Assembly: GCA_963668625.2 (NCBI GenBank) | Contig: CAXXKA010000001.1 | Location: 1 to 64,000 of the forward strand | From: an uncultured candidate division Zixibacteria bacterium | GTDB lineage: Bacteria > Zixibacteria > MSB-5A5 > UBA10806 > 4484-95 | Length of the DNA: 64,000 nucleotides | Direction of reading: 5' to 3' | Shown here: piece after piece, positions 10,223 to 21,260 of the stretch | Numbering within the stretch: the first letter of the stretch is position 1 | Layout of the letters: every line of letters starts with the position of its first letter | Made by a program: the position numbers and the translations under genes | Notes under the pieces: generated by a model | What the model was told of the DNA's origin: nothing | What the model saw: the letters and a program-made list of their open reading frames with translations, nothing else | Database searches by the model: none

Positions 10223-10693
10223 ATGAATCGTTTTGGCATATTGGCAATTATGTTTTGCCTGATTATTATATTGGGGGCTGGTACAGTAAATGATATAAAA
10301 GCAGGGGATAAATGCTACAGTCACGTTACACTTCATTCTGATGATGATTATGGCGCGGTACTCGCGGAACAAACATATGATCCTTGTGATGCTAATGAAT
10401 ATACTATAAATTACCGCATAGAATTTAGCAGAACAGGTTCAACGAACCCCAGCACACAACTTGCAGTAAGAGTTATAGATTCAAGTACAATAACAAATTA
10501 TATGAATGTGCCGATTCTTGCATGGTCTTCCGATCCTGGAGAAGAGGATGTTGTTCTTACAGGTTCTGTTCAAAACTTCACCAATAGCAGTTCACACACT
10601 TTCCAGATTGTAAAAACAGCTGGAAGTTCCGGTGATTTTATAGATATTGATGCCGAGATTACTTACGTAGCTAATCAGGGGACACCGGATTAA
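10223..10693 (+). CDS. Secreted hypothetical protein, copy 1
   Basis: Signal peptide; paralog at 13337. Confidence 0.8.
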   Translation: MNRFGILAIMFCLIIILGAGTVNDIKAGDKCYSHVTLHSDDDYGAVLAEQTYDPCDANEYTINYRIEFSRTGSTNPSTQLAVRVIDSSTITNYMNVPILAWSSDPGEEDVVLTGSVQNFTNSSSHTFQIVKTAGSSGDFIDIDAEITYVANQGTPD

Positions 10694-10748
10694 TAGGATT
10701 TTTCAAAACCCCGGAGAATAATTTCTCCGGGGTATTTATGGAGTAGAT

Positions 10749-13058
10749 ATGATACGAACAGTTTTTATAGTAATGGCAATTCTTCAAATCTGCCTGATTA
10801 GCTCATTATTAGCTGATGAAAATCTATGGTCTACAAGCGGCCCTGCAGGAGCCACAGTTATGACTATTGAACCTAATTATCATCAAAATAATAGTGTTTA
10901 TATAGGGACGGTATCTAGTGGTTTATATAGAACATTTGATAACGGCGAAAGTTGGGACAATATAAGACATTGTTCTGAAGAGTATATGTATTTAAATATA
11001 CGAGATATAGCGATCCATCCAATAACTCCGGATACAGTTTTTGCTGCAACAACAAGAGGTTTGTATAAAAGCGCAGATAACTGCAGTACATGGAGCTATG
11101 CAAACCTGCCTTTAGAAGGTGAGCAGAATTTCGTGAAGTATCATCCCCTGCAGCCTGAGTTGATTTTCGCCGGTGGATGGATGATGTCATGGAAATCTTA
11201 TGACGGCGGAAATACCTGGGTTGAACTTGATGTTACCGGTCTAACGGGTATGATGGGACTGGAAATTCATCCGCTTAATCCTGATCTGATATTTTTAATC
11301 GGCGGTTCTTTCTCGCCCGGTCATGGAGTATGGCGAAGCAACGACAGGGGGATAACCTGGGAAAACATTCAACATAACATATCCCTGCAAGGATATCCCT
11401 CGGATATCGAATTGGATCCTTACGACACTAATATAGTGTACGTCTCTGTTTCCAACTATAGTGATAGTTCTTGCCCTAATCTCTACAAATCGTACGATTG
11501 CGGCGAAACGTGGACTGATATAAGCGTTGATTTTCTTATTTCATCAGATGTGGAAGCTTTAGAAATATCACCTCTCGATAACGATGTTCTATACGCCGGT
11601 ACTCTTGAGAACGGTGTTCTGCTCAGCGAGGATGCCGGGGAAAGCTGGCGAGAGATAAACGATGGTATGAGAACTTTGCATTTAGAATCTTTGGAGATTG
11701 ATACATCGACACTTGATATTTATGCCGGTACGGTCTATGACGGTATCTATAAAAAACATTTGGCTGAAGCTGAATGGAGAGATGTTAGTAATGATATCTA
11801 CAGCGGATATTTCAGAAGAATAGATGTCAGTCGTTTTAGCCCGGCGAAGGCTCTAGCGATTGGAGATAACGGTGTTTTTCAAACTGAAGACTATGGTACG
11901 ACATGGTCATATATAGATATAGAGATGCCCTCAGAGAGTATGTTGAAAGATGCAGAGTATGACAGATATCTTCCGAACCGCATCTATGCCAGTTCCAGTA
12001 CGGCGGCTCTTTTGCAACCAACAGATATGCAGAGGGGTTTTTATCGCTCGGACGATGGTGGTAACAGCTGGGATTATTTCACTGATGGCTTACCGAATGA
12101 GGAATACTTTTTTGAGATTACGGTATCGTATGAGAATGAAAATGATAGAAGAATATTTTTAACCACATATAAAGAAATATACTCCTCTGACGATGAGGGT
12201 GAGCACTGGGAATTACGCGATAGTGGTCTGCCGTTTGTTACAACTTACAGCATCGGCGATATTGAAGTAGCGCCATCCGATCCTAACACTATAGGGGTAG
12301 TTTACTATAGTCAAAATAAACTGTATTTATCGAAAGACCGAGGCGAAACCTGGTTTGAGTCTGGAGAGCTTCCCGAGGGAGGCGAAGGTTTGGGTATTGA
12401 TGAAATCGAATTTCATCCGGATGATCCTGACCATATCTATGCCAGTATTTATTTTAATGGCATATACGAATCGCTTGATGGCGGTGATACCTGGCAAAGT
12501 ATTATCAACGATTTGCCTTTGGACGGTTCTCTTAACGATGTTTCCAGTATAACCATAAATCCTTATAATCCGGATAATATATTCGTTTCATCTTTTAGGT
12601 ATGGAGTATATCAAAGCCATAACGGTGGACTGAATTGGGAATCGTTCAATGAGGGTATGGACACAACCGGCATTTTTAATGAGATGATGTTTGCTCCAGG
12701 GGACACCACGATTTTATACTTAGCGCGCGGTAATCGTTCCGTCTGGTCAATCACCCGCACCCCGGTTGGCATTGATGATAACGAAGTAACCCTCCCCACA
12801 CAATACAACCTTTCAGCTTACCCCAATCCGTTCAACGCCTCGACCAGTATCTCGTTTACGCTGCCGCATGATTCACAGGTGGCTCTCGAAATTTACGATG
12901 TCCTCGGCCGCAAGCTCGAAAGCCTTGTTGATGAGTACCTGCCTGCCGGTGTTCACTCCGTGCTATGGGAAGCGGGTGAGTATCCCTCGGGGATGTATTT
13001 CTATAAGCTGACTGCAGGGGAGCAGAGCGAGTCTCTTAAGATTACTTTGATTAAATAG
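10749..13058 (+). CDS. Secreted BNR/Asp-box (VPS10-like) beta-propeller protein with C-terminal secretion (T9SS-type) tail, copy 1
   Basis: Many S.DGG.TW Asp-boxes; C-terminal YPNPFNAST...IYDVLGR...SGMYFYKL...KITLIK. Confidence 0.9.
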   Translation: MIRTVFIVMAILQICLISSLLADENLWSTSGPAGATVMTIEPNYHQNNSVYIGTVSSGLYRTFDNGESWDNIRHCSEEYMYLNIRDIAIHPITPDTVFAATTRGLYKSADNCSTWSYANLPLEGEQNFVKYHPLQPELIFAGGWMMSWKSYDGGNTWVELDVTGLTGMMGLEIHPLNPDLIFLIGGSFSPGHGVWRSNDRGITWENIQHNISLQGYPSDIELDPYDTNIVYVSVSNYSDSSCPNLYKSYDCGETWTDISVDFLISSDVEALEISPLDNDVLYAGTLENGVLLSEDAGESWREINDGMRTLHLESLEIDTSTLDIYAGTVYDGIYKKHLAEAEWRDVSNDIYSGYFRRIDVSRFSPAKALAIGDNGVFQTEDYGTTWSYIDIEMPSESMLKDAEYDRYLPNRIYASSSTAALLQPTDMQRGFYRSDDGGNSWDYFTDGLPNEEYFFEITVSYENENDRRIFLTTYKEIYSSDDEGEHWELRDSGLPFVTTYSIGDIEVAPSDPNTIGVVYYSQNKLYLSKDRGETWFESGELPEGGEGLGIDEIEFHPDDPDHIYASIYFNGIYESLDGGDTWQSIINDLPLDGSLNDVSSITINPYNPDNIFVSSFRYGVYQSHNGGLNWESFNEGMDTTGIFNEMMFAPGDTTILYLARGNRSVWSITRTPVGIDDNEVTLPTQYNLSAYPNPFNASTSISFTLPHDSQVALEIYDVLGRKLESLVDEYLPAGVHSVLWEAGEYPSGMYFYKLTAGEQSESLKITLIK

Positions 13059-13336
13059 TGAGGTAATTTAGTTGCTTCCGGATATCTTAAATAAACATTG
13101 ACAATTGGATTAATTACCTTATTATAGAAATGTATATCTGAATTATTGACATCATGATATTGGGGGAGTAGTATTTTGATAATGCGGAATTTATATAGGG
13201 TAAATATATCAAGGGTATTTATCTTCCTTATAAAGAATTGGGGGGGTAGAAGTCCACCTTGCTTTCAAATAAACATCGGTTTGTTTCAATAATTTAAATT
13301 CGTCAAAATTGATGTTAGATTTGAAAGGAAAAAACA

Positions 13337-13807
13337 ATGAATCGTTTTGGCATATTGGCAATTATGTTTTGCCTGATTATTATATTGGGGGCTGGTACAG
13401 TAAATGATATAAAAGCGGGGGATAAATGCTACAGTCACGTTACACTTCATTCTGATGATGATTATGGCACGGTACTCGCGGAACGAACATATGATCCTTG
13501 TGATGCTAATGAATATACTATAAATTACCGCATAGAATTTAGCAGAACAGGTACAACAAATCCTTCGACAAAACTATGTATTAGAGTTATAGAGACAGGT
13601 TTAACAACTAGCTATATGGATGTAAGTGTTCTTTCTTGGAATTATCTTCCGGGAACACAAGATCATGTTCTTACAGGGTCTTTTGATAATTTCGGCACCA
13701 GCAGTTCGCATACTTTTCAGATTATTAAAGACTTAGGCAATTCTGGTGATTTATATGATATTGATGCTGAAATAACCTACGTGGCCAATCAGGGAACGCC
13801 ACATTAA
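13337..13807 (+). CDS. Secreted hypothetical protein, copy 2
   Basis: N-terminal half near-identical to 10223 and C-terminal half diverged. Confidence 0.8.
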   Translation: MNRFGILAIMFCLIIILGAGTVNDIKAGDKCYSHVTLHSDDDYGTVLAERTYDPCDANEYTINYRIEFSRTGTTNPSTKLCIRVIETGLTTSYMDVSVLSWNYLPGTQDHVLTGSFDNFGTSSSHTFQIIKDLGNSGDLYDIDAEITYVANQGTPH

Positions 13808-13862
13808 TAATTTTTTTTATTTCCCCGGAAATTAATTTTCCGGGGAAGTTTATGGAGCAATC

Positions 13863-16172
13863 ATGATTCGCTCATCATTTTTTATTCTGATAACCCTTAT
13901 ACTCGGCTTTAAAGGTATTCTAATAGCTGATGAAAATCTATGGTCTACAAACGGCCCTGCAGGAGCCACAGTTATAACTATTGAACCTAATTATCATTAT
14001 GATAATAGTGTTTATATAGGGACGATATCCAATGGCATATATCGAACATTCGATGGCGGAGGAAACTGGGATAATAGAAGACAAAATTCAGATGGGTATT
14101 CGTATTTTACGATGCGTGATATAGCGATCCATCCAATAACTCCGGATACAGTTTTTGCTGCTACGACAAGAGGTTTGTATAAAAGCGCAGATAACTGCAG
14201 TACATGGAGCTATGCAAACCTGCCTTTAGAAGGTGAGCAGAATTTCGTGAAGTATCATCCCCTGCAGCCTGAGTTGATTTTCGCCGGTGGATGGATGATG
14301 TCATGGAAATCTTATGACGGCGGAAATACCTGGGTTGAACTAGATGTTACCGGTCTAACGGGTATGATGGGACTGGAAATTCATCCGCTTAATCCTGATC
14401 TGATATTTTTAATCGGCGGTTCTTTCTCGCCCGGTCACGGAGTATGGCGAAGCAACGACAGGGGGATAACCTGGGAAAACATTCAACATAACATATCCCT
14501 GCAAGGATATCCCTCGGATATCGAATTGGATCCTTACGACACTAATATAGTGTACGTCTCTGTTTCCAACTATAGTGATAGTTCTTGCCCTAATCTCTAC
14601 AAATCGTACGATTGCGGCGAAACGTGGACTGATATAAGCGTTGATTTTCTTATTTCATCAGATGTGGAAGCTTTAGAAATATCACCTCTCGATAACGATG
14701 TTCTATACGCCGGTACTCTTGAGAACGGTGTTCTGCTCAGCGAGGATGCCGGGGAAAGCTGGCGAGAGATAAACGATGGTATGAGAACTTTGCATTTAGA
14801 ATCTTTGGAGATTGATACATCGACACTTGATATTTATGCCGGTACGGTCTATGACGGTATCTATAAAAAACATTTGGCTGAAGCTGAATGGAGAGATGTT
14901 AGTAATGATATCTACAGCGGATATTTCAGAAGGATAGATGTTAGCAGTTTTAATTCTGCGAAGGCCCTGGCAATTGGTGATAACGGGGTCTTTCAAACTG
15001 AGGATTATGGCGAGACCTGGTCATTCATTGATGTAGAAATGTCTCCCTTGAGTATGGTGAAAGACGCGGAATATGACAAATACCTTCCTGATAGGATTTA
15101 TGCCAGTTCCAGTACGGCGGCTCTTTTGCAACCAACAGATATGCAGAGGGGTTTTTATCGCTCGGATGATGGTGGTAACAGCTGGGATTATTTCACTGAT
15201 GGCTTACCGAATGAGGAATACTTTTTTGAGATTACGGTATCGTATGAGAATGAAAATGATAGAAGAATATTTTTAACCACTTATAAGGAAATATACTCCT
15301 CTGACGATGAGGGTGAGCACTGGGAATTACGCGATAGTGGTCTGCCGTTTGTTACAACTTACAGCATCGGCGATATTGAAGTAGCGCCATCCGATCCTAA
15401 CACTATAGGGGTAGTTTACTATAGTCAAAATAAACTGTATTTATCGAAAGACCGAGGCGAAACCTGGTTTGAGTCTGGAGAGCTTCCCGAGGGAGGCGTA
15501 GGTTTGGGTATTGATGAAATCGAATTTCATCCGGATGATCCTGACCATATCTATGCCAGTATTTATTTTAATGGCATATACGAATCGCTTGATGGCGGTG
15601 ATACCTGGCAAAGTATTGTCAACGATTTGCCTTTGGACGGTTCCTTTAACGATATTTCCAGTATAACCATAAATCCTTATAATCCGGATAATATATTCGT
15701 ATCATCTTTTGGATATGGCATCTACCAAAGCCACAATGGCGGTCGAAATTGGGAATCGTTCAATGAGGGTATGGACACAACCGGCATTTTTAATGAGATG
15801 ATGTTTGCTCCAGGGGACACCACGATTTTATACTTAGCGCGCGGTAATCGTTCCGTCTGGTCAATCACCCGCACCCCGGTTGGCATTGATGATAACGAAG
15901 TAACCCTCCCCACGCAACACAACCTCAGCGCCTATCCCAACCCATTCAACGCCTCCACCAGCATATCATTCATGCTGATCCAGCCCTCGCAGGTAACGCT
16001 GGATATCTATGATATCCTTGGCCGCCGGGCTGAGAGCCTTGTTGATGAGTACCTGCCTGCCGGTGTTCACTCCGTGCTATGGAAAGCGGGTGAGTATCCC
16101 TCTGGGATGTATTTCTATAAGCTGACTGCGGGAGAACATCGTGAATCGCGGAAGATTACGCTTATCAAGTAG
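13863..16172 (+). CDS. Secreted BNR/VPS10-like protein with secretion tail, copy 2
   Basis: 769 aa, same length and motifs as copy 1. Confidence 0.9.
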   Translation: MIRSSFFILITLILGFKGILIADENLWSTNGPAGATVITIEPNYHYDNSVYIGTISNGIYRTFDGGGNWDNRRQNSDGYSYFTMRDIAIHPITPDTVFAATTRGLYKSADNCSTWSYANLPLEGEQNFVKYHPLQPELIFAGGWMMSWKSYDGGNTWVELDVTGLTGMMGLEIHPLNPDLIFLIGGSFSPGHGVWRSNDRGITWENIQHNISLQGYPSDIELDPYDTNIVYVSVSNYSDSSCPNLYKSYDCGETWTDISVDFLISSDVEALEISPLDNDVLYAGTLENGVLLSEDAGESWREINDGMRTLHLESLEIDTSTLDIYAGTVYDGIYKKHLAEAEWRDVSNDIYSGYFRRIDVSSFNSAKALAIGDNGVFQTEDYGETWSFIDVEMSPLSMVKDAEYDKYLPDRIYASSSTAALLQPTDMQRGFYRSDDGGNSWDYFTDGLPNEEYFFEITVSYENENDRRIFLTTYKEIYSSDDEGEHWELRDSGLPFVTTYSIGDIEVAPSDPNTIGVVYYSQNKLYLSKDRGETWFESGELPEGGVGLGIDEIEFHPDDPDHIYASIYFNGIYESLDGGDTWQSIVNDLPLDGSFNDISSITINPYNPDNIFVSSFGYGIYQSHNGGRNWESFNEGMDTTGIFNEMMFAPGDTTILYLARGNRSVWSITRTPVGIDDNEVTLPTQHNLSAYPNPFNASTSISFMLIQPSQVTLDIYDILGRRAESLVDEYLPAGVHSVLWKAGEYPSGMYFYKLTAGEHRESRKITLIK

Positions 16173-16356
16173 CAGATTATCAATATCGTAGATAATGCCA
16201 TCTTATATTGATGCAAAAAAGACTTGACCTGTTTCGTGGAATCATATAGTTTAAAGTAATCATTTGATGGCCGCTTCAGAGGGTACAGAGAAACAAACAT
16301 CACGCTCAGTAAAATTTGATTTATGTTTGTCTGTATCGCAGAAAAGGAGGTTATTT

Positions 16357-18531
16357 ATGCTGAGAAAGCTAATGACAGGTTTATATCTTCTGTTTATTTT
16401 TCTCGTTTCAGCATCCACAGCTATTGCCCAGGGCGATAACTCTATCATGATCATAAACCAGTATTATCATAATTGGACCGGAGGCGTTGAGGATGTCTAT
16501 ATAGAGGGCGACCTGGCGTACCTTGCCTGTAGTAATGATGATGGGTTGAGGATAATCAATATCTCTGACCTGAATGCTGTTTATGATCTCGGTCAGTATC
16601 CGGTTACATGGGCGTTATCAATTACCGTAGCCGGAGATTACGCATACCTGGGTACACGCTCTGAGGGTTTCTATATTATTGATATTTCCGAACCTATCGA
16701 TCCTGTAGAGGTTTCGCATGTAGGCGGTTTCTACCAGGTATACGAGATAGAGGTGGATGGCAACACCGCTTTCGTGTGTCATGGTGATGGAGTAAGTATT
16801 TATGATATCAGCGATATTACGAATCCAACCGAACTCTGGGTTACGCCTGATGTCGATGAGGCTTGTGCTATCGAGATTCGTAATAATACTGCTTATGTCG
16901 GTTCCAACTATCCTGGGCTTATCGTAATGGATATCACCGATATTAGCTCTCCCCAGGTACTTTACACATATCAACCGTCAGGATATAATTTCGTAAACGG
17001 CCTGGATATAAAAGGCAACTATGCTTACCTGGCCTCGGGCTGGAATGGTTTCGAGGTGTTTGACCTGACTACTCATGAGGTTGTTGCCAGTATCGATTCG
17101 CTGGTCTGGGCTTTCCGTCTTGAGGTCGAGGGGGATTACGCCTATATGACCTACGGCGATCCCGACTGCCCGTTTGCCGTAATCGATATCACCGATCCGA
17201 CCTCTCCTCGAACGATGGGCATATACTATCCGCCCGAGGATCTGATTAATTTCATGATAGTCGAGGATCAGGCTTACATGGCCGATTACGCCCATGGGCT
17301 ACGTGTCGTGGATGTTTCCCTGCCAGAGGAACCGGTAGAGACACATGTTTACAGCCGCTATGGTCTTGATATGGATGTGGTCGTCAAAGGAGACTACGCT
17401 TATATCAAGGAGGATGTTAAATTCAAAATAATCGATATCTCCGATATGAGCAATCCTTTCGAAACGGGATACTATGAATTCGATTGGGGATATAACGATA
17501 TCCATATCGTTGGTGATATTGCGTATCTCTCCAAATGCAATTACGATTGCCTGTATTCTTTCGATATCTCCGACCCGTATAATCCCTCGGTAATAAGTAC
17601 CTATCGGGATGAGAGTAATGATGTTCATTACAGGATGAAACTGTACGGTAACTATGCTTATATAGTTGAAAACTCCGGTCTGGAGATAGTCGATATTTCC
17701 GATCCCGAGAATATGGTTTATGCCGGGCATTACGATGAATACATAGGCAACTCCCAGTTCGAGATATACGATCACTACCTGTTCCTATGCAGTAGCAGCA
17801 ATCAGGGGAATACCAGCGTGTTTGATTTAGCAGATCCGACCTCGCCACAGTATATCACCGGCTATGATCTCAGTTGGGGGTATTACGACTTGTGCGCGCT
17901 TGATGGTTACCTGTACGTGATCGAATCACAGGATATGTGGGTGTTCGATATATCGAACCTCGATCAATGGCAGCCGATTGCAAATTTATCTATTTTCGAT
18001 GATGGCAGGTATCTGACCGATATCGAAACCGACGGCGTTAATATTTACCTGACCGATGCTATCAACGGCCTGACAGTTTGCGATGTTTCCGATCCGTATA
18101 ACCCATTCAAGCTGGGGCAGGAAAATACACCGGGCAGCGCTGAGGGCCTTTATGCTCGCGATGGTATCGTCTTTATTGCCGACCAGAGTAATCTTGGTTT
18201 CTACGATTGCACGGGCATTACCGGTATAGAAGATGATATCCGGGCATTACCCGAATCGTTTACGCTGATTTCTAACTATCCCAATCCGTTCAACGCCTCC
18301 ACCAATATCTTGTTCGAGCTACCCACGCAGGCCAATGTTCAGTTAGATATCTACGATATACTGGGCAGGAAAGTGACCTCTCTGGCCGATCGTCAGTTCG
18401 AGGCCGGCAGCCACAGCATAAGCTGGAACGGCACGAGTTTTACGGGCCAGTCAGTAGCCTCGGGCAGGTACTATATCAAAGCCGTTTCGGATGGTCGTGT
18501 CGAGAGCTTGCCGGTGATGTTGCTTAAATAA
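16357..18531 (+). CDS. Secreted LVIVD-repeat beta-propeller protein with C-terminal secretion tail
   Basis: Repeated 'GDYAY...GL.I.DISDP..P' units; NYPNPFNAST tail; AGGAGG RBS before ATG 16357. Confidence 0.88.
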   Translation: MLRKLMTGLYLLFIFLVSASTAIAQGDNSIMIINQYYHNWTGGVEDVYIEGDLAYLACSNDDGLRIINISDLNAVYDLGQYPVTWALSITVAGDYAYLGTRSEGFYIIDISEPIDPVEVSHVGGFYQVYEIEVDGNTAFVCHGDGVSIYDISDITNPTELWVTPDVDEACAIEIRNNTAYVGSNYPGLIVMDITDISSPQVLYTYQPSGYNFVNGLDIKGNYAYLASGWNGFEVFDLTTHEVVASIDSLVWAFRLEVEGDYAYMTYGDPDCPFAVIDITDPTSPRTMGIYYPPEDLINFMIVEDQAYMADYAHGLRVVDVSLPEEPVETHVYSRYGLDMDVVVKGDYAYIKEDVKFKIIDISDMSNPFETGYYEFDWGYNDIHIVGDIAYLSKCNYDCLYSFDISDPYNPSVISTYRDESNDVHYRMKLYGNYAYIVENSGLEIVDISDPENMVYAGHYDEYIGNSQFEIYDHYLFLCSSSNQGNTSVFDLADPTSPQYITGYDLSWGYYDLCALDGYLYVIESQDMWVFDISNLDQWQPIANLSIFDDGRYLTDIETDGVNIYLTDAINGLTVCDVSDPYNPFKLGQENTPGSAEGLYARDGIVFIADQSNLGFYDCTGITGIEDDIRALPESFTLISNYPNPFNASTNILFELPTQANVQLDIYDILGRKVTSLADRQFEAGSHSISWNGTSFTGQSVASGRYYIKAVSDGRVESLPVMLLK

Positions 18532-18770
18532 AAATACCAATTTTCACAGAGAGTTTTATGATTGCAAAGGCGTTCGATCGAACGCCTTTACTATTATATT
18601 CCAAGTCTACCGGTAACAATTATAGTATTGACAACCAACTCAAAAAGATACTATGCTCTTGTGGGAATATTTAAGACTACTAATTTCATCTTTCCGAAAT
18701 TAGTACAAGAATCATTAACAATCGAATATGTTTTATCGATGCGCCACGAACTTAACGAGGAGGGGATAGC

Positions 18771-21251
18771 TTGAAATATGCTGCCATAATAATGATGATA
18801 TTAACACTGGCAAATGTATCGTTTGCCGATATAACTGATTTGATCTCGTTCAGATCATCTGAATTCGAGATAACCACCGAGCTTGCGCCCGACAGCAATT
18901 ACTACCATAAAGTCGAATGCAGTCTGGCCAATCAAACCCTGGCCGATAGCCCCGGACGACCCTGGCTTCCGGCAGTTAACTATGTCTACAGTTTGCCGCC
19001 GGGAATGAAAATCAGCGATGTTACTATTAACACGATCGAGAACGTGCTGTTGGAGGAGTTAGTCGAGCAGGTTTATCCCGGTCAGTACCCATTTGCCACC
19101 TGTATCGATTGTGATTGGCCGGATTTCGTGCCGCCCGATACCAGCCTTATTCTCGATGAACCACCGCTCGTATCGGTGATTAGCCCGGCAAGCTATGCCT
19201 GCGGTATGCCTGTTGGCGTGATTCAGGTAAGACCGATAAGCTACATCCGCGAATCGAACGCGCTGGTGCTAAATGAAAATATTTCGCTGACGATAAATAT
19301 CACTGCGAACGAGGAGCAGCCGCTGGAAGTTGTAAGCAGAAGTATCTACAGCCAGCAGGTGGCAGAAAGCTACCTTCACGGCATAGTACGCAACATCGCG
19401 GATATCGAAAATAATATGCCTGAAATACAAACGTTCGCTTATGATGATCCCAACGATCCGGAAAATATTCCTCCCGATTATATAGTGATTACCTCTCAAG
19501 CGCTATACGATGACGTGAGCCGGTTCGCAGAGTATAAACGTCAATCGGGACATCAGGTGGAGACAGCTGCCATCGAGGATATATATTCGATTTACACCGG
19601 CGCCGATAACCAGTCCCGAATCAGGGAATACCTTCGCCAGAAATATTCGGAGGGTACGCTGTACGCCGTATTTATCGGGGATGAGGATATCGTGCCGATG
19701 CGATATGCCTATTACTACAATTGGAACAACGGCGGCTTACCGGATATAGCCGATATGGTCCCCTGTGATATGTATTACGCTTGCCTGGATGGTACCTGGG
19801 ATGGTGATGGCGATGGGGTCTATGGTGAGCCCGATGATCATCCTGATCTGGCCGCCGATATATTCGTGGGGCGAATACCGGTAAACGATACCGGGCAGCT
19901 TGAAATCTGGCTCGATAAGCTCATGACATACGAGAATAATCCCGGCAACGGGGATCCGAGTTATTTGATGAATGTCGTGTTTTCGGCCGCCGACCAGTTA
20001 GCCGATGGAAGTCGGGATGAGTACATCGCCGAGAGTTTCGTATATAACCCGTATTTCGATGTCGATTACCTGACTTTCAGGGAATCGCCAAGTGGATATC
20101 ATCCAAACCCAAGCTCGCCTTACGGTCAGCAGCTCGTTGACTATTTCAATACCAATGGTGTTGGCTACTATTTTAGCCTAAATCATGGCAGCCCGGCCTG
20201 GTTTGCCCTTGCCAGCGCCGGAATAAATTGCGCTAACATGCCCTCGGAGGATTGCTGGCGCTCCGGTTTTACCACCGATCCGATCAGGGCGGAGTACCCT
20301 CCCGATTGGGGCTATATCGATGATATCGATTATGAATCGAACGGGCGCGTTTATGTTCATTCATCCATATCCTGTTATCTTGGCATGATGGATTGCCCGG
20401 AGGTGTTGCCCTGGAACTCAGATACGCTTTGCTATGCCGAATCGGATTTACTCATGCCCGGCGGCTCGGTTGCCGGTACGTATAATACCCGTCAGGGCTG
20501 GGTGTTTTCCTCCTCGGCACTAGAGCAAATGCGTGTGGAAATCCTGATGTCCGGTGTCGAGCGAAACCTGTTCGCTCCGGTGCACTATGCTATCAAGCCG
20601 TATTTCCCGAATAAACGAGATGTAGTATACTGCAATACATATTTCGGTGATCCGGGATTCGCTATTTACACCGAATCCCCGCGAACGTTCGAGGTTATAG
20701 CTCCCTCCGAACTTCAAATAGGCGGCTACGATATTTTCGTGCAGGTACTCGATAGCCAGAGCCGGTACGGGGAGGGGGATGTTCTGGTGACGCTTACGAA
20801 AGGCGATGAGCTATATCAACGCTCGTTAACCAACGCCTCAGGCTATGCCTACTTTGCCATAAACCCCGAAACGCCGGGGGAGATGAGTGTTACTTGTGTG
20901 AAACAAAACTATCTCAGGCACAGCCAGGTATTGGCTATCGAGCCGATCTGCGATATGGCCTCACCCGGAGATATCAACGGCGATGGCCAGGTTATCGGCT
21001 CGGATGTTTTATATGGCGTAAATTATTTTCGGGGAATCGGTAATCCTCCGGTATTGAAATGCTGGTGTCCTGATTACGAGCTTTATCATGCCGCGGATGT
21101 CAACGGTGACTGTCAGTTTATCGGTTCGGATATAACCTGCCTGGTAAATTATTTCCGCGGGATAACTACGCTTGCGGTTTGCCCGGGATGCTCGGAAAGT
21201 AGCCTGGCAGTGGAGGACAATGAAAACACGTCTGTTAGTTTCAAGCGCTAA
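18771..21251 (+). CDS. Gingipain-like C25 cysteine peptidase with propeptide and C-terminal dockerin-like EF-hand repeats
   Basis: PGRPWLP propeptide, DYIVIT, IGDED, D.YYA..DG.W, VGRIP, NHGS (His) and SISC (Cys) dyad, FGDP; GDINGDG..GSD and ADVNGDC..GSD repeats. Confidence 0.88.
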   Translation: MKYAAIIMMILTLANVSFADITDLISFRSSEFEITTELAPDSNYYHKVECSLANQTLADSPGRPWLPAVNYVYSLPPGMKISDVTINTIENVLLEELVEQVYPGQYPFATCIDCDWPDFVPPDTSLILDEPPLVSVISPASYACGMPVGVIQVRPISYIRESNALVLNENISLTINITANEEQPLEVVSRSIYSQQVAESYLHGIVRNIADIENNMPEIQTFAYDDPNDPENIPPDYIVITSQALYDDVSRFAEYKRQSGHQVETAAIEDIYSIYTGADNQSRIREYLRQKYSEGTLYAVFIGDEDIVPMRYAYYYNWNNGGLPDIADMVPCDMYYACLDGTWDGDGDGVYGEPDDHPDLAADIFVGRIPVNDTGQLEIWLDKLMTYENNPGNGDPSYLMNVVFSAADQLADGSRDEYIAESFVYNPYFDVDYLTFRESPSGYHPNPSSPYGQQLVDYFNTNGVGYYFSLNHGSPAWFALASAGINCANMPSEDCWRSGFTTDPIRAEYPPDWGYIDDIDYESNGRVYVHSSISCYLGMMDCPEVLPWNSDTLCYAESDLLMPGGSVAGTYNTRQGWVFSSSALEQMRVEILMSGVERNLFAPVHYAIKPYFPNKRDVVYCNTYFGDPGFAIYTESPRTFEVIAPSELQIGGYDIFVQVLDSQSRYGEGDVLVTLTKGDELYQRSLTNASGYAYFAINPETPGEMSVTCVKQNYLRHSQVLAIEPICDMASPGDINGDGQVIGSDVLYGVNYFRGIGNPPVLKCWCPDYELYHAADVNGDCQFIGSDITCLVNYFRGITTLAVCPGCSESSLAVEDNENTSVSFKR

Positions 21252-21260
21252 AGGAGATGT

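Larger units (their letters stand above)
9972..13058 (+). repeat. Tandem duplication unit, copy 1 (promoter + two genes)
   Basis: Long identical tracts with 13089-16172; gene offset is 3114 bp. Confidence 0.95.
13089..16172 (+). repeat. Tandem duplication unit, copy 2
   Basis: Homologous to 9972-13058. Confidence 0.95.

Noticed and set aside
10438-13807. Diversity-generating retroelement TR/VR pair in the duplicated genes
   Set aside because: Differences involve all four bases and many synonymous sites rather than adenines only, and no reverse transcriptase is present.
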